A stretch of 32,000 nucleotides of DNA, from contig DATN01000008.1 of assembly GCA_002504725.1 (NCBI GenBank), positions 62,851 to 94,850 on the forward strand. The letters run 5' to 3'. This stretch comes from Methanobacteriaceae archaeon UBA587 (GTDB taxonomy: Archaea; Methanobacteriota; Methanobacteria; Methanobacteriales; Methanobacteriaceae). Under the pieces are notes generated by a model that did not search any database, was not told the origin of the DNA, and saw nothing but the letters and a program-made list of their open reading frames with translations. Shown in pieces: positions 10,876-20,530 of this stretch (positions are counted from its first letter, which is position 1; each line of letters starts with the position of its first letter). Made by a program: the position numbers and the translations under genes.

Positions 10876-11646
10876 ATGGGAGAAGTAGTAGCAATCATCA
10901 ATCAGAAAGGAGGCTGTGGTAAAACCACCACTGCGGTTAATCTATCCACTGCACTGGCACTTTTAGATAAAAAAGTATTGGTGGTGGATCTTGATCCTCA
11001 GGGAAATGCCACCACTGGTTTTGGTGTGCAAAAATCCGATTTAGAGAGAACAGTATACACGGTGTTGAGTAGACAGGCTACCATGCGAGAAGCAGTAACC
11101 CCTACCATGGTGGAAGGATTGTTTCTGGTGCCCAGTAATATTTCCCTGAGTGGGGCAGAGGTGGAGCTCAGCCGGGAAATTGGTTTCCATTCTATATTAG
11201 AAGAAGCCCTTAAAGAGGTAAAAGATATATTTGACTACATTTTAATTGATGTTCCACCTTCCCTGGGGATTCTCACCCTTAATGCACTGGTGGCTGCAGA
11301 CAGTGTGATTATACCTATTCAGGCGGAATATTATGCCTTAGAAGGTATGGCAGATCTACTAAAAACAATTAACCTTGTACAAGAACGATTACAAAGTCCC
11401 GCTCCAATTAAAGGTATATTGATGACTTTATATGATTCCCGCACCAGACTAGGCCGGGATGTACACCACGAAGTTAAAAAATTCTTTGGGGAGGAGGAAT
11501 ACATCTTCAAGACCACCATCCCCCGTAATGTGCGACTGGCCGAGGCCCCCAGCTATGGAAAGCCCTGCATATTATATGATCAGGAAAGTACAGGTACCAT
11601 TGCTTACATCAAACTGGCCCAGGAAATGGTTAAACTGGAGGATTAA
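10876..11646 (+). CDS. ParA/SegA-family partition ATPase
   Basis: MGEVVAIINQKGGCGKTTTAVNLSTALA deviant Walker A, VLVVDLDPQGNATTGFG, YIFDYILIDVPPSLGILTLNAL-type Walker B, CILYDQESTGTIAYIKLAQEM. RBS GGGAGG upstream. Confidence 0.95.
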   Translation: MGEVVAIINQKGGCGKTTTAVNLSTALALLDKKVLVVDLDPQGNATTGFGVQKSDLERTVYTVLSRQATMREAVTPTMVEGLFLVPSNISLSGAEVELSREIGFHSILEEALKEVKDIFDYILIDVPPSLGILTLNALVAADSVIIPIQAEYYALEGMADLLKTINLVQERLQSPAPIKGILMTLYDSRTRLGRDVHHEVKKFFGEEEYIFKTTIPRNVRLAEAPSYGKPCILYDQESTGTIAYIKLAQEMVKLED

Positions 11647-11648
11647 TA

Positions 11649-12158
11649 ATGGCCAAACGCAAGTCTTCCAAATCCAAAAGCACAGGTTTGGGGCTGGGTT
11701 TGGATGCTCTTATTAAAGCCAAAACTAAACCGGTTGAAGAGCGTGATGCTGATGGGGGTACTGATTTAATATTAGAATCGGATGAGGAGCTGGAGGTATC
11801 TGTCACCAAGAAGGAGGATGTTCCAGAAACTCCTAAAAAAAGAACCCGAAAATCTAAAAAATCCCCATCTAAGAAGTCAAAGACTCCTCAAAAATCTGCT
11901 GCTTCAGAATCTACCAAAAAATCCACTAAAAAAGATTCATCTGTATCCTCTGCTGATTCTCAACGGGTTGAGGCAGTTTTAACTGAAGTCCGGAAGAATC
12001 CCCGGATTAGTTTGTGGTCGGCTCGTTCTGCTGCGGTTCTCAGGTACCTTAAAAAGACACAACCAGAATTCAGTATCAGTAATGAGGCATCAAAACTCAT
12101 TGAAGAGGCAGTTAAAGAGAAATATCCTGAAATATGGGATATTTTTGATGATATTTAG
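11649..12158 (+). CDS. ParB/SegB-like partner: ParB-type N-terminal peptide, Lys/Ser-rich linker, compact C-terminal domain
   Basis: Starts 2 bp after the parA-like stop. MAKRKSSKSKSTGLGLGLDALI resembles the bacterial ParB GLGRGLxALI motif. Linker KKRTRKSKKSPSKKSKTPQKS. C-terminus SLWSARSAAVLRYLKKTQPEFSISNEASKLIEEAVKEKYPEIWDIFDDI. Confidence 0.7.
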   Translation: MAKRKSSKSKSTGLGLGLDALIKAKTKPVEERDADGGTDLILESDEELEVSVTKKEDVPETPKKRTRKSKKSPSKKSKTPQKSAASESTKKSTKKDSSVSSADSQRVEAVLTEVRKNPRISLWSARSAAVLRYLKKTQPEFSISNEASKLIEEAVKEKYPEIWDIFDDI

Positions 12159-12243
12159 TCAAATCTCTTGTTTTTTTATTTTTTTAATTTTTTTCAACAA
12201 TGATTTTTTTCTATAATTCTTATCATTTTCCTATAACCGTCCC

Positions 12244-12294
12244 TTATAACTTATAAGTTATAACTCGCTAAGTGATAAGTTATAACTTATAACT
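12244..12294. promoter_or_regulatory. Candidate partition site pair: perfect 20-bp palindrome TTATAACTTATAAGTTATAA (12244-12263) plus exact 18-mer AAGTTATAACTTATAACT (12277-12294)
   Basis: Read directly. 12249-12266 is an inverted copy of the 18-mer (16/18). Located 86 bp past the stop of the SegB-like gene, in the convergent intergenic region. Confidence 0.7.
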
Positions 12295-12361
12295 AGATTT
12301 TTCTTTTGCCTGAAAAATTATTAAAAATTTATTTAAAAAGTTTTAAGGTCTTGAATTAAAA

Positions 12362-13525
12362 TTAATAGGCATCCAGGGCGGTCTGATAATTTCCCTGTAA
12401 CTTGATGAATGTTTCAGCCCGATTCACCGCCACACCTAATTTTTTCAAGTCATCCATTTTATGGAATGGTTTTTTTTGACGGATGGCAATTATACGACGG
12501 GCAGAAATGGTTCCAATACCCGGCACCCGGATAAGGTCCCGGTAAGATGCTGAATTTATTTCCAGGGGGAAAATATCCATTTCCCAGGCGGCAGTAATTT
12601 TAGGATCCTGTTCCACATCTAAAAGCCCATCTTCCTGAAAAACCAATTCGTCTAACTTAAAATTATAGGAATTTAGAAGTGCATCGGCCTGATAAAGCCG
12701 TCCTGCTCTTTGAGGATGAGGTCCGCTCTGATTCTCCAGGGGGGTCTCTTCCAGTGGCTGAAAAGCCGAAAAATAACTTCTCTTCACATCCAGTTTGTTA
12801 TATAACCATTTGGCGCGATTAAGAATATCCTCGTCGGTTTCATCAGTGGCCCCTACAATCATCTGGGTGGTCTGTCCAGAGGGGGCATACTTGGGATTAC
12901 GTTCATGGATATCTTTTATCCATTTTAAACGGCGCATAATGTCCTTCTGGTAATCTTTAGTGCTGGTAAGCTCGGAAAGCCCATCAGGGGTGGCTGCCTC
13001 AATATTCACACTCACCCTATCTGCCAGGGCCATGGCTCTTTTAATCAGATCTTTAGAAGTTCCGGGAATAATTTTAAGGTGTATGTAGTCTTGATAGCCA
13101 TGTTCTAGTCTTAAGATACGGGCCACTTCCACCACATTTTCCATGGTGGATTCAATGTCTCCTGAAATCCCGGAACTTAAAAATAAGCCATCCACCAACT
13201 TGCGCTGATAATAATTAAGAAATACTCGAGTTAATTCTTCAGGAGTAAGTTCCATACGAGTAAAATTCCTTTTACTATGATTAACACAGTATTTACAGTC
13301 ATTACAACACTTATTACTCATTAAAACCTTGAATAGGGGTACTTGACACCCATTACTCCTGGTACTATAATATATTCCTGGTAGCTGGGGAGTGGATTGT
13401 TTATGATGATTCACATAATCACACAGGTCGTACTGAGCAGTATCACTTAAAACCTGCATTTTGCGCATGGTATTCATTGAAATATAATCTGTCTCCCCAA
13501 CTATAATTGTGTTATGGTAGACCAT
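12362..13525 (-). CDS. Radical SAM protein with C-terminal helix-hairpin-helix (putative DNA modification/repair, UDG-linked radical SAM family)
   Basis: CCNDCKYCVNHSKRN (CxxxCxxC-type cluster), GLFLSSGI, and the HhH motif LIRVPGIGTISARRIIAIR. Confidence 0.85.
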   Translation of the reverse strand: MVYHNTIIVGETDYISMNTMRKMQVLSDTAQYDLCDYVNHHKQSTPQLPGIYYSTRSNGCQVPLFKVLMSNKCCNDCKYCVNHSKRNFTRMELTPEELTRVFLNYYQRKLVDGLFLSSGISGDIESTMENVVEVARILRLEHGYQDYIHLKIIPGTSKDLIKRAMALADRVSVNIEAATPDGLSELTSTKDYQKDIMRRLKWIKDIHERNPKYAPSGQTTQMIVGATDETDEDILNRAKWLYNKLDVKRSYFSAFQPLEETPLENQSGPHPQRAGRLYQADALLNSYNFKLDELVFQEDGLLDVEQDPKITAAWEMDIFPLEINSASYRDLIRVPGIGTISARRIIAIRQKKPFHKMDDLKKLGVAVNRAETFIKLQGNYQTALDAY

Positions 13526-13738
13526 TTGAAAATAAATATTGATCCAGATAATGGTGTATGAATTAGATAGAAGAAGATTAGATAAGAAGAGGAATTTGAT
13601 AAAGAAAAAATAATATTAATTATTACAGAAAATTACAGAAAATATGGAGGCCTGCATCTCAAACTGAAATTTTTTTAAGACCCGTTTTTTCAAAAATTAC
13701 TCCCATACTTAAATAAAATGGTGGATTTACTATAAATT

Positions 13739-15085
13739 ATGAGAATTGTTTTGGCAGGTACTGGAAGTGCGGTGGGAAAAACCACCATTTCCACCGGAAT
13801 CATGAAAGCTTTATCGGCAGAAAAGAAAGTACAACCCTTTAAAGTAGGCCCAGATTACATTGACCCTACCTATCACACCCTGGCCACCGGGAATCGCTCC
13901 CGTAACCTGGACTCCTTTTTCATGTCGGAGGGACAGGTGAGGGAGGCATTTAACCGTGCACTTAGTATATCCCAATCAGATTATGGGATTATTGAGGGTG
14001 TAAGGGGTTTATATGAAGGTATAAGTCCTATTGAAGATGTGGGAAACACGGCTTCCATTGCCAAAGCATTAAATGCTCCAGTAGTATTGATAATGAATGC
14101 TCGTAGCCTGGTTAAAAGTGCCGCGGCGGTGGTGCTGGGATTCAAAACTCTGGATCCTCAGATACGTATCGAGGGTGTGATCTTAAACCAGGTGAAAAAC
14201 CAGCGCCACTACTTGAAAGCCAAAGAAGCAGTGGAGAAATTATCTGATACTCCTGTTTTAGGGGGAATACTTCGCAGTGACTCTTTAACCGTAGAACAAA
14301 GGCATTTAGGTCTGGTTCCAGCTGTGGAAAGAGAAAACTTGCTGGAATACATTGAAAAATGGGGTCAGGTGGTGGAGGAAAACATTGATCTGGATGCCCT
14401 GCAGGATATAATGAAGAATGCAGGTAAGATTCCTGGTGAAAAAGAACCTCTCTGGCGGGTCCAGAATAATCAGAAGGTGAAAATTGGGGTGGCTCATGAT
14501 GAGGTATTCACTTTTTATTATCAGGAAAATCTGGAAGCTTTGGAAGATAATTCTGCAAAGATAGTGCCTTTCAGCCCGTATCATGATGAAGAAGTTCCTG
14601 ATGTGGATGCACTCTATATTGGTGGGGGTTACCCAGAGATATTCTCTAAGGAGCTGGAAAATAATACTTCCATGCGTAATTCCGTCAAGAAGTTCCATGG
14701 GGAGAACAGACCTATCTATGCGGAGTGTGGCGGTTTAATGTACCTCATGAACTCTATTAACCAGCATAAAATGTGTGGTGTCTTCCCGTACTCTGCTGAA
14801 ATGACTCCTAAGGTGCAGGGGTTGAGTTATGTTATTGCCCGGGCTCAGGAAGATAACATCATCACCCAGAAAGGAGACATACTGCGTGGCCATGAATTCC
14901 ATTATTCCCGGGTTAATATTCCAGAAAAAGCCCGTTTCGCCTTTGAAGTACTGCGGGGTCGTGGTATAATGGATTTACAGGATGGCATCATGGATAAAAA
15001 TACAGTGGCTAGCTATGTGCATACCCACGCCGCAGCCTGCCCGGGATTTGCAGAAAACTTCACCCGTAATGCCGCGGAATTATAA
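13739..15085 (+). CDS. cfbB: Ni-sirohydrochlorin a,c-diamide synthase (CobB/CbiA family)
   Basis: [20 protein letters not shown]-loop, [29 protein letters not shown], and the C-terminal class I GATase [12 protein letters not shown]430 pathway assignment follows from methanogen context. Confidence 0.92.
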   Translation: MRIVLAGTGSAVGKTTISTGIMKALSAEKKVQPFKVGPDYIDPTYHTLATGNRSRNLDSFFMSEGQVREAFNRALSISQSDYGIIEGVRGLYEGISPIEDVGNTASIAKALNAPVVLIMNARSLVKSAAAVVLGFKTLDPQIRIEGVILNQVKNQRHYLKAKEAVEKLSDTPVLGGILRSDSLTVEQRHLGLVPAVERENLLEYIEKWGQVVEENIDLDALQDIMKNAGKIPGEKEPLWRVQNNQKVKIGVAHDEVFTFYYQENLEALEDNSAKIVPFSPYHDEEVPDVDALYIGGGYPEIFSKELENNTSMRNSVKKFHGENRPIYAECGGLMYLMNSINQHKMCGVFPYSAEMTPKVQGLSYVIARAQEDNIITQKGDILRGHEFHYSRVNIPEKARFAFEVLRGRGIMDLQDGIMDKNTVASYVHTHAAACPGFAENFTRNAAEL

Positions 15086-15131
15086 TTTGCTTTTATAATT
15101 ATGATTAGTTACGGATTAGAGATAAGATAAT

Positions 15132-16292
15132 ATGAAATTTCAGGATCTAAAAAAAATAGACATTTTTTCCCCATATATAATAATTTTCGGGATACTATTG
15201 TATCTGGCTCTGGCCCTCCCGGCATTTTATTATCATATTAAAGGATTAAATCCACCATCCCTTAACGTATATTTATATTTCCTTGGGGGAACTCTTTTCT
15301 TCTTAATAGGGGTTTTATTTCCGAAATTATTAGAAAAACTGAATAATGCGTTTAATTTTAATAGATTTAAAAATTCCAACCAGAATAAGCAGAAAGATGA
15401 AAAAGAGAGGTTATTCACCCGCTTCAACTTCACAAAAACCGAGTTAATCCTCATCCTAGTCGTATTCCTGGGGATATTGCTCCAATCCATTAATTTATAC
15501 AATTCTGGAGGAATACCTCTTTTTAGCGGTTATTTAAAAGCTAAAGCGGTGACCCGGATATGGATAATTTCTTACTTGCTGTTCTTACCGGGTATAAACA
15601 TACTTCTGGCTAAATATAACAGAAAATGGTATTATCTGTTATTTATTTTAGGAATGGCTTTATTTGCATTCACCGGTTACCGTACCACCACTATTGTTAT
15701 CATACTGAGCGTTTTCATAACCTTATACTTTACCCGGAATCTGAAATCAATATATTTCTTGTTATTTGTGGCAGCCCTGGCAGTAATAGGTCTTTTAGTG
15801 GGATATATTGCAGTAAAATCGATTCAATGGCAACAATGGGCCCTTAATCCATTAGAGTTGTTTTTTTATCGGGCGGGATATACCTTAACTGTTTTTGACC
15901 AGTTACTCCTGAAACAGGGCACCACCCATGGAACCTTGTTTTACTACTCCCTGACCGGATTTTTCCAGGCAGCCGATCCTCGGGCTATGGTGGGACAGGC
16001 GGTACTGGGATATGATCATTCCACAACCTCCACCATATTTGGCCCGGCCTTACTGGACTTTGGAATGTGGGCCTTAGCCATTCAAATGTTTCTAATAGGT
16101 TTGCTTATGCAGCTAATGTACTCGCTGCAAAAAAAAATAAAAGGTGTTTATACAGCATTTTATGCTATAATCCTGGCTCAGACTCTGGTTTGGATTGAAA
16201 CCGGCCCCACAGATCTGGTGGTCTGGATATTCTATTTAATATCTTTTATTTTAATTATATGGGCTTTCAAATCCAATAATACTATCAAATAA
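15132..16292 (+). CDS. Multi-pass membrane protein, oligosaccharide repeat unit polymerase (Wzy/O-antigen polymerase)-like
   Basis: About 10 hydrophobic segments, a long periplasmic-type loop, and GSHHG-like TTHGTLFYYSLTGFFQAADPRAMVGQAVLGYDHSTTSTIFGPALLDFG. Confidence 0.65.
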   Translation: MKFQDLKKIDIFSPYIIIFGILLYLALALPAFYYHIKGLNPPSLNVYLYFLGGTLFFLIGVLFPKLLEKLNNAFNFNRFKNSNQNKQKDEKERLFTRFNFTKTELILILVVFLGILLQSINLYNSGGIPLFSGYLKAKAVTRIWIISYLLFLPGINILLAKYNRKWYYLLFILGMALFAFTGYRTTTIVIILSVFITLYFTRNLKSIYFLLFVAALAVIGLLVGYIAVKSIQWQQWALNPLELFFYRAGYTLTVFDQLLLKQGTTHGTLFYYSLTGFFQAADPRAMVGQAVLGYDHSTTSTIFGPALLDFGMWALAIQMFLIGLLMQLMYSLQKKIKGVYTAFYAIILAQTLVWIETGPTDLVVWIFYLISFILIIWAFKSNNTIK

Positions 16293-16326
16293 ATATTAGG
16301 AAATACAATTTAAACAAGGTGCTATT

Positions 16327-17397
16327 ATGAAAATTGCAGTAGCTGCAGAATCGGCCCCAGCCCGGACTTTCGTACCCCTCCTGGAAAAACTGGATATGGA
16401 AACCATAGGGTTATCCCACGGGCCCGGGGCAAAAGAACTCCTGCAACCATATTGTAGTGAGATTCATCCCATTGGACAGGGGAGAGGTGCAGGAGCCCAG
16501 AAAAGATCAAATTCCCAGATTGCTAAACTGGTTATTAAGGATATATTAAAGGCCCGCCGTGCTCTCCAGGGCAAGGGAGTGGGTTTAGTTTTAACCTGTG
16601 GAAATGCAGGTGATGTGCGTAAGGCCATATCTGCTGCAAATATACTGCGTATTCCCACTTTACATATTGAACAGGATATCTACAATCCTATTGAAATGAT
16701 TGCCTTTTCTAATCTGATTACAGCTCCTTCTGAGGATTATAAAAATTATCTGGAGAATAATTATTCCCTGAAAAATGTGCACAACATCGGGGGATATCCC
16801 ATGGCAGCTTATGTCAGTAAAATGAATATATTGGGAAAGGAGGAGATCAAAAATCAATATGGTGTTGATGAATTCGTTTTACTGGCATTAGGCGGTGATT
16901 TAAAGGGGGAGGATATTCCCCCACTTATCCAGGTTATGGAATCGCTGGAGAAAACAGTACTGGTGGCACCCTTCCGTTTTAGTCCGGAATTCGTGCGATC
17001 TCAGGTTAGTTCTAATCATATTCGTGTGCTGGATGGATTTGTGGATCTTCCCAGTATAATGAATGCATCCCAGGCCCTGGTTTATGGGGCTGGAATGGGC
17101 ATCACCCTGGAAGCAGGTATTTTAAAGGTGCCTTCCATTAAGATAGCTGGATTTCATCACCAACACGCCAGTGTGGATCTGGCCCGGGTTCTGGGCATAA
17201 AAGTACTGGATATTAATCAGATTCCCTCTGGTTTTGACGATTTAAAGAAACCTGATGGCGACTATTTGGTTGATAGTGCCCAGATTGCCATTAATAATTT
17301 GATTTCATTAATTACTAATTTTAATAATGAAAAAAGATCTAAAAGTGGCTTTAAAAGTTTGAAAAAGATTTGGAATGCCCGCTCACAGTTCCGATAA
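16327..17397 (+). CDS. GT-B fold glycosyltransferase/epimerase-like protein (MurG / UDP-GlcNAc 2-epimerase-like)
   Basis: MKIAVAAESAPARTFVPLLEKL; late region VDLPSIMNASQALVYGAGMGITLEAGILKVPSIKI resembles the GT-B C-terminal donor site. Specific function unknown. Confidence 0.55.
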   Translation: MKIAVAAESAPARTFVPLLEKLDMETIGLSHGPGAKELLQPYCSEIHPIGQGRGAGAQKRSNSQIAKLVIKDILKARRALQGKGVGLVLTCGNAGDVRKAISAANILRIPTLHIEQDIYNPIEMIAFSNLITAPSEDYKNYLENNYSLKNVHNIGGYPMAAYVSKMNILGKEEIKNQYGVDEFVLLALGGDLKGEDIPPLIQVMESLEKTVLVAPFRFSPEFVRSQVSSNHIRVLDGFVDLPSIMNASQALVYGAGMGITLEAGILKVPSIKIAGFHHQHASVDLARVLGIKVLDINQIPSGFDDLKKPDGDYLVDSAQIAINNLISLITNFNNEKRSKSGFKSLKKIWNARSQFR

Positions 17398-17547
17398 CTT
17401 GTTCTGCTATTTTATTTTAACACTTTAAGAGATTCTATTTTTTTCATTTTTTTCAATAACCTCTAATTTTCATATTGTATTACCTTTTATACCAATAATA
17501 TTAAATATTAATTAAGTATTACTTAATTGTATCAAAATTAATATCAG

Positions 17548-18021
17548 GTGATTGGCATAAAAGGAAGGCAAATTTCTCGTATTGATTCTTGGAATGATTC
17601 CTCGTCCTTAAGGGGAAGATTAAAGCATAAAATTGTAATGCAAAGTACCAGTTACAACTGTGGCCCGGCGGCACTGGCCACGGTAATGAATTACATGGGA
17701 ATTCAGTGCAATGAACAGGATCTGGCCCAACTGGCCGGCACTGATGAGACGGGAACCACCATGTATGGTCTCATGCAAGCAGCACGTAAACGAGGTTTAA
17801 ATGCAAGAGGAGTAAGAAAAAAGGCTGAAAATTTGAGGGTAAGTGATATAGTATTTTTAAATATGGGTGGAAAGACTCATTACAGTGTTATCCATCATTT
17901 GGGGTCAAAGACGGTGATCTTAGCTGATCCATCCTTAGGGGAGATTGAACTGAAAAAGGAGGAATTCCTTAAAATTTACAGTGGAAATGCTCTGGTGTTA
18001 ATGGGAACTCCCTTTGAATAA
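17548..18021 (+). CDS. Stand-alone peptidase C39-like domain protein
   Basis: QSTSYNCGPAALATVMNYMGI (Cys), KTHYSVIHHLG (His), VILADPSLGEIEL (Asp). GTG start, no signal peptide. Confidence 0.8.
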   Translation: MIGIKGRQISRIDSWNDSSSLRGRLKHKIVMQSTSYNCGPAALATVMNYMGIQCNEQDLAQLAGTDETGTTMYGLMQAARKRGLNARGVRKKAENLRVSDIVFLNMGGKTHYSVIHHLGSKTVILADPSLGEIELKKEEFLKIYSGNALVLMGTPFE

Positions 18022-18237
18022 ACACATTAAAAAAATCATTCAAATTATTTTAAATATTCATAAAATCAATTAAATGAATTTAAATAGGCTAATTATAATA
18101 TATGATTATTATTTTTAATTTTAAACATGTTTAAGGAGTGTTTCTATCAGGATTCATTACTCCTATAAAAACTTAATCATCATAATTAAATCAAAAAGTA
18201 CTTAATATCTCAAGTATTAACACATTTTGGTGATATA

Positions 18238-19068
18238 ATGGTTGTAAAAATCGGTATAATTAAATGTGGTAACATCGGTACCTCTCCTGTCTTGGATTTA
18301 TTACTTGATGAGAGAGCAGACCGACCAAACATAGATGTATGTGTAATCGGTTCTGGGGCTAAGATGAACCCAGAAGAAATCGAAAAAGCCGTACCATTAA
18401 TGCTTGAAATGGAAAGGGACTTTGTTATATTCATAAGCCCTAACCCAGGCGCTCCAGGTCCTGCTAAAGCCAGAGAATTATTATCTGCAGCAGACGTACC
18501 TGCCATCATCATTGGTGACGCTCCAGGGCTACGATCCAAAGACGAAATGGACGAACAAGGTTTAGGATACATCATCGTTAAAGCCGACCCAATGATCGGT
18601 GCACGAAGAGAATTACTGGACCCAACTGAAATGGCTTCATTCAATGCTGACGTAATTAAAGTGTTAGCTTTAACTGGTGCTTACAGAGTTGTACAAAACA
18701 CCATCGACGCTGCAGTCGCAGCTGTTGAAGCTGGAAGCGCAATTGAATTACCTAAAGTGGTAATTTCCCGAGATGTAGCTATTGCAGCTGCTGAATTCTC
18801 TAACCCATATGCTAAAGCTAAAGCCATGGCTGCCTACGACATCGCTACCAAAGTAGCTGATATTGACGTAGAAGGTTGTTTCATGACCAGAGAAGCAGAA
18901 AAATACATACCAATCGTTGCATCTGCTCACGAAATGATTACTACCGCAGCTAAACTCGCAGCTGAAGCTCGAGAAATCGAAAAAGCTAACGACACTGTTG
19001 TCCGAACCCCACACGGTGGACAAGGACAAACCATGGCTAAGTCCGCTTTAATGGACAAACCAGAATAA
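18238..19068 (+). CDS. mtd: F420-dependent methylenetetrahydromethanopterin dehydrogenase
   Basis: 276 aa, MVVKIGIIKCGNIGTSPVLDLLLDERADRPNIDVCVIGSGAKMNPE and ISPNPGAPGPAKARE. Characteristic Mtd. Confidence 0.98.
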   Translation: MVVKIGIIKCGNIGTSPVLDLLLDERADRPNIDVCVIGSGAKMNPEEIEKAVPLMLEMERDFVIFISPNPGAPGPAKARELLSAADVPAIIIGDAPGLRSKDEMDEQGLGYIIVKADPMIGARRELLDPTEMASFNADVIKVLALTGAYRVVQNTIDAAVAAVEAGSAIELPKVVISRDVAIAAAEFSNPYAKAKAMAAYDIATKVADIDVEGCFMTREAEKYIPIVASAHEMITTAAKLAAEAREIEKANDTVVRTPHGGQGQTMAKSALMDKPE

Positions 19069-19079
19069 GTTAGCTAACA

Positions 19080-19114
19080 AGCGGTCCTCTGGACTGCTAA
19101 TATTTTATTTTTTC
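19080..19114 (+). terminator. Hairpin plus T-rich tract after mtd
   Basis: AGCGGTCC-tct-GGACTGCT (8-bp stem with one G-U) followed by AATATTTTATTTTTTT. Confidence 0.55.
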
Positions 19115-19318
19115 TTTCTTTTGTTTTAATTATCTCATTTTTTAATTAATTGAAAGTTTTTATCAATTCAAACTTGCTCATGGTTATTTATTGATACTTT
19201 TATTGATTATTATAATTTAGAATAAGCACAGAATTCGTATTATTGCATAAAATTATTTTAGATTTATATAGTACTAAATTAATATGTATTATGTAGTATT
19301 GTATTATCAAGGTGAAAT

Positions 19319-20530
19319 ATGATAGAAAATCTAATAGAACGTTTCTTTAAAGCAGCCACCATGGAGCGATGGAATGACCATATTCGTCCTGTGGAACTGA
19401 CCGAACTGGATAAACAGGCTCATAAAATGATCATAGCATACGTCCTGGCTAAAATAGAAGAGGACAGCAGAGGTATTAAGTCTATTAACTGGATCAACCT
19501 TATTGAGGGATTTTTATTTGATTTTCTGTATCGTCTGGTTTTAACTGATCTTAAACCATCAGTTTTTCACCGTATGATGGATGAAAAAAGGGAAGAATTG
19601 AATCAGCACGTTTTAAGAGAATTGAAAACGGACCTGGAAGGTTTAAATGATCCTAATTTTGAGATTAAGTTCAAAAATTATCTTTCCAGTGGCGAGGTAA
19701 CCTTGGAGAGAAAAATTCTCCGGGCAGCCCATTATCTAGCCACGGATTGGGAGTTTAAGATAATCTATAATAGTGCACCATTTATCTATGGAATTGAAAA
19801 AACCAAGGAAAATATAGAGAACCAGATTGAAGATCACTACGATCTGATTGGTGTTCAAAAGATAATGCTTAAGAAGAAGTCTTTTGGATTCATAGATTTA
19901 TGTGGGCAGCTCCGTTTCCAAAAAAGATGGGCCCACACGCCCCGCATACCTGAAACATCGGTATTGGGGCACATGTTGATAGTGGCTGCTACTTCTTACC
20001 TGTGCACCATGGAAATGGGGATAAAACCCTGTGACAAGAGAGTATACAACAACTTTTTTGCGGGTCTGTTTCATGATCTCCCGGAAGTCCTGACTAAAGA
20101 TATTATTTCGCCAGTTAAACAGTCAGTGAAAGGTTTAGATGATATTATAAAGGAATACGAAGATTATCAGATGAAAAAAGAATTACTGCCTCTTCTTCCG
20201 AAAACATGGCACCCTGAAATGCAGTATTTCACTGGAGACGAGTTCAAGAATAAAATCAAGCAAGAAGATGAGGTTAAATTCGTTTCATTCAATGATTTAA
20301 ATAAAAAATACAATGATGATGTTTTCATGCCATTGGACGGAGAATTAATCAAGGCGTGTGATAGGTTAGCTGCTTTTGCCGAGACCAAAATATCATTCCG
20401 GCATGGAGTCACCTCCAAAGACATGGAAGAAGCCCAAAAAACTATGATGGATGAATGGAAATCTAAAAAAGTTTCAGGAATTGATTTTGGTCAAATTTTC
20501 CGAAATTTAGAGAAACTAATCGATGAATAA
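19319..20530 (+). CDS. HD-domain metal-dependent phosphohydrolase family protein
   Basis: RIPETSVLGHMLIVAATSYL ... FFAGLFHDLPEVLTKDIISPVK ... VKFVSFNDLN ... LIKACDRLAAFAE. Confidence 0.75.
   Translation: MIENLIERFFKAATMERWNDHIRPVELTELDKQAHKMIIAYVLAKIEEDSRGIKSINWINLIEGFLFDFLYRLVLTDLKPSVFHRMMDEKREELNQHVLRELKTDLEGLNDPNFEIKFKNYLSSGEVTLERKILRAAHYLATDWEFKIIYNSAPFIYGIEKTKENIENQIEDHYDLIGVQKIMLKKKSFGFIDLCGQLRFQKRWAHTPRIPETSVLGHMLIVAATSYLCTMEMGIKPCDKRVYNNFFAGLFHDLPEVLTKDIISPVKQSVKGLDDIIKEYEDYQMKKELLPLLPKTWHPEMQYFTGDEFKNKIKQEDEVKFVSFNDLNKKYNDDVFMPLDGELIKACDRLAAFAETKISFRHGVTSKDMEEAQKTMMDEWKSKKVSGIDFGQIFRNLEKLIDE

Noticed and set aside
13622-13641. Tandem 10-mer ATTACAGAAA-ATTACAGAAA before cfbB
   Set aside because: Only two copies in an AT-rich spacer about 100 bp from the start codon. 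Too little evidence for a regulatory call.
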